Notes under the pieces: generated by a model
Seen by the model: the letters and a program-made list of their open reading frames with translations, nothing else
The model's database searches: none
What the model was told of the DNA's origin: nothing
Assembly: GCA_023386675.1 (NCBI GenBank)
Contig: JAEWJG010000160.1
Location: 1-41,310, forward strand
Direction of reading: 5' to 3'
Origin: Actinomycetes bacterium
GTDB taxonomy: Bacteria; Actinomycetota; Actinomycetes; Actinomycetales; Microbacteriaceae
Length of the DNA: 41,310 nt
Shown here: positions 38,244 through 41,310 of the stretch, in pieces
Layout of the letters: the number at the start of each line of letters is the position of its first letter
How positions within the stretch are numbered: position 1 is the first letter of the stretch
Translations under genes and position numbers: made by a program

Positions 38244-38270
38244 TGTCACAGATCGATGCCCTGCCTTGTC
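38244..38270 (+). promoter_or_regulatory. ECF41-type promoter for the ndh-qcrB operon
   Basis: TGTCACA-N16-TGTC starting 3 nt after the sigma stop codon. Confidence 0.8.
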
Positions 38271-38310
38271 TTAGCTGGTGAAGGAATCGTGCTGAGACAG
38301 GGAGGCTGTG

Positions 38311-39663
38311 ATGCGCCGGATCCTGGTGGTCGGCGGCGGGTACGCCGGTTTCTACACCGCATGGAAGCTGGAGAAGAAGCTCCGGCGTGACGAGGCGGAG
38401 ATCGTGGTGGTCGACCCGCGGCCGTACATGACCTATCAGCCGTTCCTGCCCGAGGTCGCGGCCGGTTCGATCGAGGCGCGGCACGCGGCCATCCCGCTCC
38501 GCAGCCATCTGAAGCGAGCACGGCTCATCCACGCGAGTGTCACGCGCATCGACCACGCGTCGAAGACCGTGAGCGTGCGCCCCGTGGACGGCGAGCCGTT
38601 CGACCTCGGCTACGACATCATCGTGGTCACGGCCGGCGCGGTGACGCGCACGTTCCCCATCCCGGGCGTGGTCGAGAACGCGATCGGGATGAAGCACGTC
38701 GAGGAGGCGGTGGCGATCCGCGACCGGCTGCTGGATGCGTTCGACCGGGCGGCCGTACTGCCCCCAGGGCCCGTGCGGTCGCGGCTGCTGACCGTGGCGT
38801 TCGTCGGCGGCGGCTTCTCCGGCGTCGAGGGGTTCGGCGAGACGCTGTCGCTGGCGACCGCCCTGCTGAAGTCGTACCCCGAGCTGCGGTTCTCCGACCT
38901 GTCGTTCCACCTGGTGGAGGCGCGCGACCGCATCCTGCCGGAGGTGACCGACGAGCCGGGACGCTGGGTCGTGCGGTCGCTGGAGCAGCGCGGGGCGCGC
39001 ATCCACCTCGGCACCCAGCTCGTGTCGGCGGACGGCGGCCACCTGGTGCTGTCGACCGGCGAGGAGTTCGACGCTCACACCATCGTGTGGACGGCCGGGA
39101 ACGGCGCGAACCCGGTGGTCGCCAACAACACCGACCTCCCCGTGACGGCCCGCGGCTCGATCACGGTCCGGGCGGATCTGCGGGTGGCGACCGCCGACGG
39201 AATCGTGCCGGACGCGTGGGCAGCAGGTGACGACGCGGCCGTGCCTGACCTGGCGTCGCCGATCGAGGGCGCGATCACGGTGCCGAACGCGCAGCACGCC
39301 GTGCGGCAGGCGAAGCGGCTGGCGAAGAACATCGTCGCGACGCTGCACGGCGAGCAGCCGAAGGACTACGTGCACCACAGCCTCGGCGTCGTCGCGACCC
39401 TGGGCCTCGGGAAGGGGATCTTCCAGTGGCGCGGCATCGTCATCACGGGGTTCCTCGCCTGGGTGATGCACCGCGGCTACCACGTGCTCGCCATCCCGAC
39501 GTGGGAGCGGAAGGTGCGCGTCCTTCTGGTCTGGGCGAGCGCCGTGGTGTTCGGCCGCGACATCGTCTCGCTGCTGTCGGTGCAGCATCCCCGCCGCGCG
39601 TTCACCGGCGGGGACCCCGCCGACCGCGAGCCGGCCGACCGCGAGCTCGCCGGGAGCCTCTGA
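38311..39663 (+). CDS. ndh: Type II NADH dehydrogenase-like FAD oxidoreductase
   Basis: GGGYAG, YQPFLPEVAAG, GGGFSGVE, WAAGD, PNAQHA and AWVMHRGYH; GGGAGG RBS. Confidence 0.85.
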   Translation: MRRILVVGGGYAGFYTAWKLEKKLRRDEAEIVVVDPRPYMTYQPFLPEVAAGSIEARHAAIPLRSHLKRARLIHASVTRIDHASKTVSVRPVDGEPFDLGYDIIVVTAGAVTRTFPIPGVVENAIGMKHVEEAVAIRDRLLDAFDRAAVLPPGPVRSRLLTVAFVGGGFSGVEGFGETLSLATALLKSYPELRFSDLSFHLVEARDRILPEVTDEPGRWVVRSLEQRGARIHLGTQLVSADGGHLVLSTGEEFDAHTIVWTAGNGANPVVANNTDLPVTARGSITVRADLRVATADGIVPDAWAAGDDAAVPDLASPIEGAITVPNAQHAVRQAKRLAKNIVATLHGEQPKDYVHHSLGVVATLGLGKGIFQWRGIVITGFLAWVMHRGYHVLAIPTWERKVRVLLVWASAVVFGRDIVSLLSVQHPRRAFTGGDPADREPADRELAGSL

Positions 39664-41303
39664 TGCCCGTCGATCGCAGAAGCCGCCCCTCCGTCACCGC
39701 GCGCCTCTCCCGGCTCGTGTCGGGAACCTCCGCGGGCCGCCGCGCGACCGCACTGCGCGAAGAGCTCAGGATGCGGCGAGCGCCGCTGCACTGGACGAAC
39801 CTCTTCGGGGTGGTCGCCGTCGCCTGCGTGGTCGTGCTGTTCGTGACCGGGTTCATCCTGATGTTCGTGTACACGCCGTCGAGCGAGCGCGTGACCTACG
39901 ACGGGCCGTACCTGCCGCTGGCCGGCGCCGAGATGTCGCAGGCACTGCGTTCGACGCTCGCCATCTCGTTCGAGCTGCCGGGCGGTCTGCTGGTGCGGCA
40001 GGCACACCACTGGGCGGCGCTGCTGCTGCCGGCGGCGCTCATCCTGCAGCTGGCGGTGACGTTCTTCACCGGCGCGTTCCGGCGGCCGCGGCGCCTCTCC
40101 TGGCTGCTGCTGTTCGGACTGCTGATCACAGCGCTCGCGGGCGGGTGGAGCGGCTACGCCCTCCCCGACGACATGCTCTCGGGCACCGGGCTGCGGATCG
40201 TCGAGGGGATCGTGCTCGGCATCCCGGTCGTCGGCACCTGGCTGTCGGCGCTGCTGTTCGGCGGCGAGTTCCCCGGCCGGATCATCGAGAACCTCTACCC
40301 CATCCACGTCGCCGTCGTGCCCGCACTGCTCGTGGTGCTGATCGCCGCGCGCGCCCGCAGCGCGTACGTGAACGGGCCCGTGCAGTTCGCCGGGCCAGGA
40401 CGCACCGAGGACCGCGTGGTCGGGCTGCCGGTGTGGCCGAACCTCGCGGTGCGCGCCGGCGGCTTGTTCGCCATCGTCACCGGCGGCCTGCTGGTCGCCG
40501 CCGCGACGGTGACCATCAGCCCGGTCTGGCTGTACGGGCCGTCGTCGCCCGGCGACGCGTCGGCGGGCAGCCAGCCGGACTGGTACACCGGGTTCCTCGA
40601 CGGCGCGCTGCGGCTCGTCCCGCCCGGCTGGGAGGTGGAGTGGCTGGGCCGCACCTGGACGCTCGCGATCCTCGTGCCGCTCGCCGTGGTCGGTCTGTAC
40701 CTGCTCGCGGTCGCCGTCTATCCGTTCGTCGAGGAGTGGGTGACCGGCGATCACCGGGAGCACCGCATCCTGGACCGGCCGCGCAACGAGCCGACCCGCA
40801 CGGGACTCGGAGTCGCCGCGCTCGTCTTCTACGGCGCCCTGTGGGGAGCCGGCAGCGCCGACCTGGTCGCCACGCACTTCCACGTCACGGTCGAGTCGGT
40901 CGTCGCGCTGTACCAGGCGATCGTGGTCGCCGGTCCGCTCGTCGCTCTCCTGCTCACCCGGCGGATCTGCCTGGCGCTGCAGAAGCGCGACCGCGACATC
41001 CTGCTGCACGGCTACGAGACCGGCCGTATCGTCCGGCTGCCAGGCGGTGAGTACGCCGAGGTGCACGGGACGGTGGATGCGGCCGAGCGCTACCGCCTCG
41101 CCGGCCCGGTCGCCGCACAAGCCGAGGACGCGCACCCGGACGAGGACGGCCGGCTGCGGCTCGCCGACCGGGTGCGCGCCGCGCTCGCGCGGGTCTACTT
41201 CGAGGACAGGCTGCAGCCCGTCGAAGACGAGGGCGACGGTGGAGGGCGGGCCGATGAGGCGATCGAACGGGTCGAGACGGCGCGGCCGGCGGGCGCGGCA
41301 TGA
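39663..41303 (+). CDS. qcrB: Cytochrome bc1 cytochrome b paralog (QcrB-like), atypical
   Basis: ATG at 39663 overlaps the ndh stop. GGLLVRQAHHWAA, FFTGAFRRPR, GYALPDDMLSGTGLR, SAGSQPDWY, YPFVE, LDRPRNEPTRT and HGYETGRIVRLPGGEY. Confidence 0.88.
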   Translation: MPVDRRSRPSVTARLSRLVSGTSAGRRATALREELRMRRAPLHWTNLFGVVAVACVVVLFVTGFILMFVYTPSSERVTYDGPYLPLAGAEMSQALRSTLAISFELPGGLLVRQAHHWAALLLPAALILQLAVTFFTGAFRRPRRLSWLLLFGLLITALAGGWSGYALPDDMLSGTGLRIVEGIVLGIPVVGTWLSALLFGGEFPGRIIENLYPIHVAVVPALLVVLIAARARSAYVNGPVQFAGPGRTEDRVVGLPVWPNLAVRAGGLFAIVTGGLLVAAATVTISPVWLYGPSSPGDASAGSQPDWYTGFLDGALRLVPPGWEVEWLGRTWTLAILVPLAVVGLYLLAVAVYPFVEEWVTGDHREHRILDRPRNEPTRTGLGVAALVFYGALWGAGSADLVATHFHVTVESVVALYQAIVVAGPLVALLLTRRICLALQKRDRDILLHGYETGRIVRLPGGEYAEVHGTVDAAERYRLAGPVAAQAEDAHPDEDGRLRLADRVRAALARVYFEDRLQPVEDEGDGGGRADEAIERVETARPAGAA

Positions 41304-41310
41304 CGCGGGC

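Noticed and set aside
36232..39588. 1118-aa minus-strand ORF and other long Arg/Pro/Gly-rich ORFs in the track
   Set aside because: Antisense or alternate-frame shadows of well-supported genes.
1..41310. CRISPR arrays, IS elements, prophage genes, rRNA
   Set aside because: No regularly spaced repeats, transposase/integrase motifs or rRNA-like sequence were seen.

Overview
High-GC actinobacterial chromosome segment; gene content and codon usage suggest Microbacteriaceae (inference). Left to right: the 5' end of a kdpFA potassium-uptake operon with an extra 27-aa peptide, divergent from a truncated LysA-like gene and a DUF6611-like gene; a TetR/amidohydrolase pair; an 8-gene sugar-utilisation operon (ABC transporter, Gfo/Idh/MocA, ThuA, GH38, GH2, GH36) with a ROK regulator next to a partial inositol operon (iolC, aldolase, iolB, iolD, GntR/IolR); corA and a VIT1 transporter; tRNA-Gly(CCC) followed by a lower-GC islet encoding a small winged-helix-like protein and a divergent, enlarged dGTPase; several accessory genes; and an ECF41 (SigJ-type) sigma-factor locus. 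Best novelty candidates: (1) the wHTH + dGTPase islet at tRNA-Gly, a candidate anti-phage system; (2) an ECF41 regulon with four TGTCACA-N16-(T/G)GTC promoters, a stand-alone SnoaL-like domain, and an ndh-qcrB operon whose cytochrome b lacks both heme bH ligands; (3) a shared IolR-type box tying the glycosidase operon to inositol catabolism. All family assignments come from motif recognition by eye; no searches were run.
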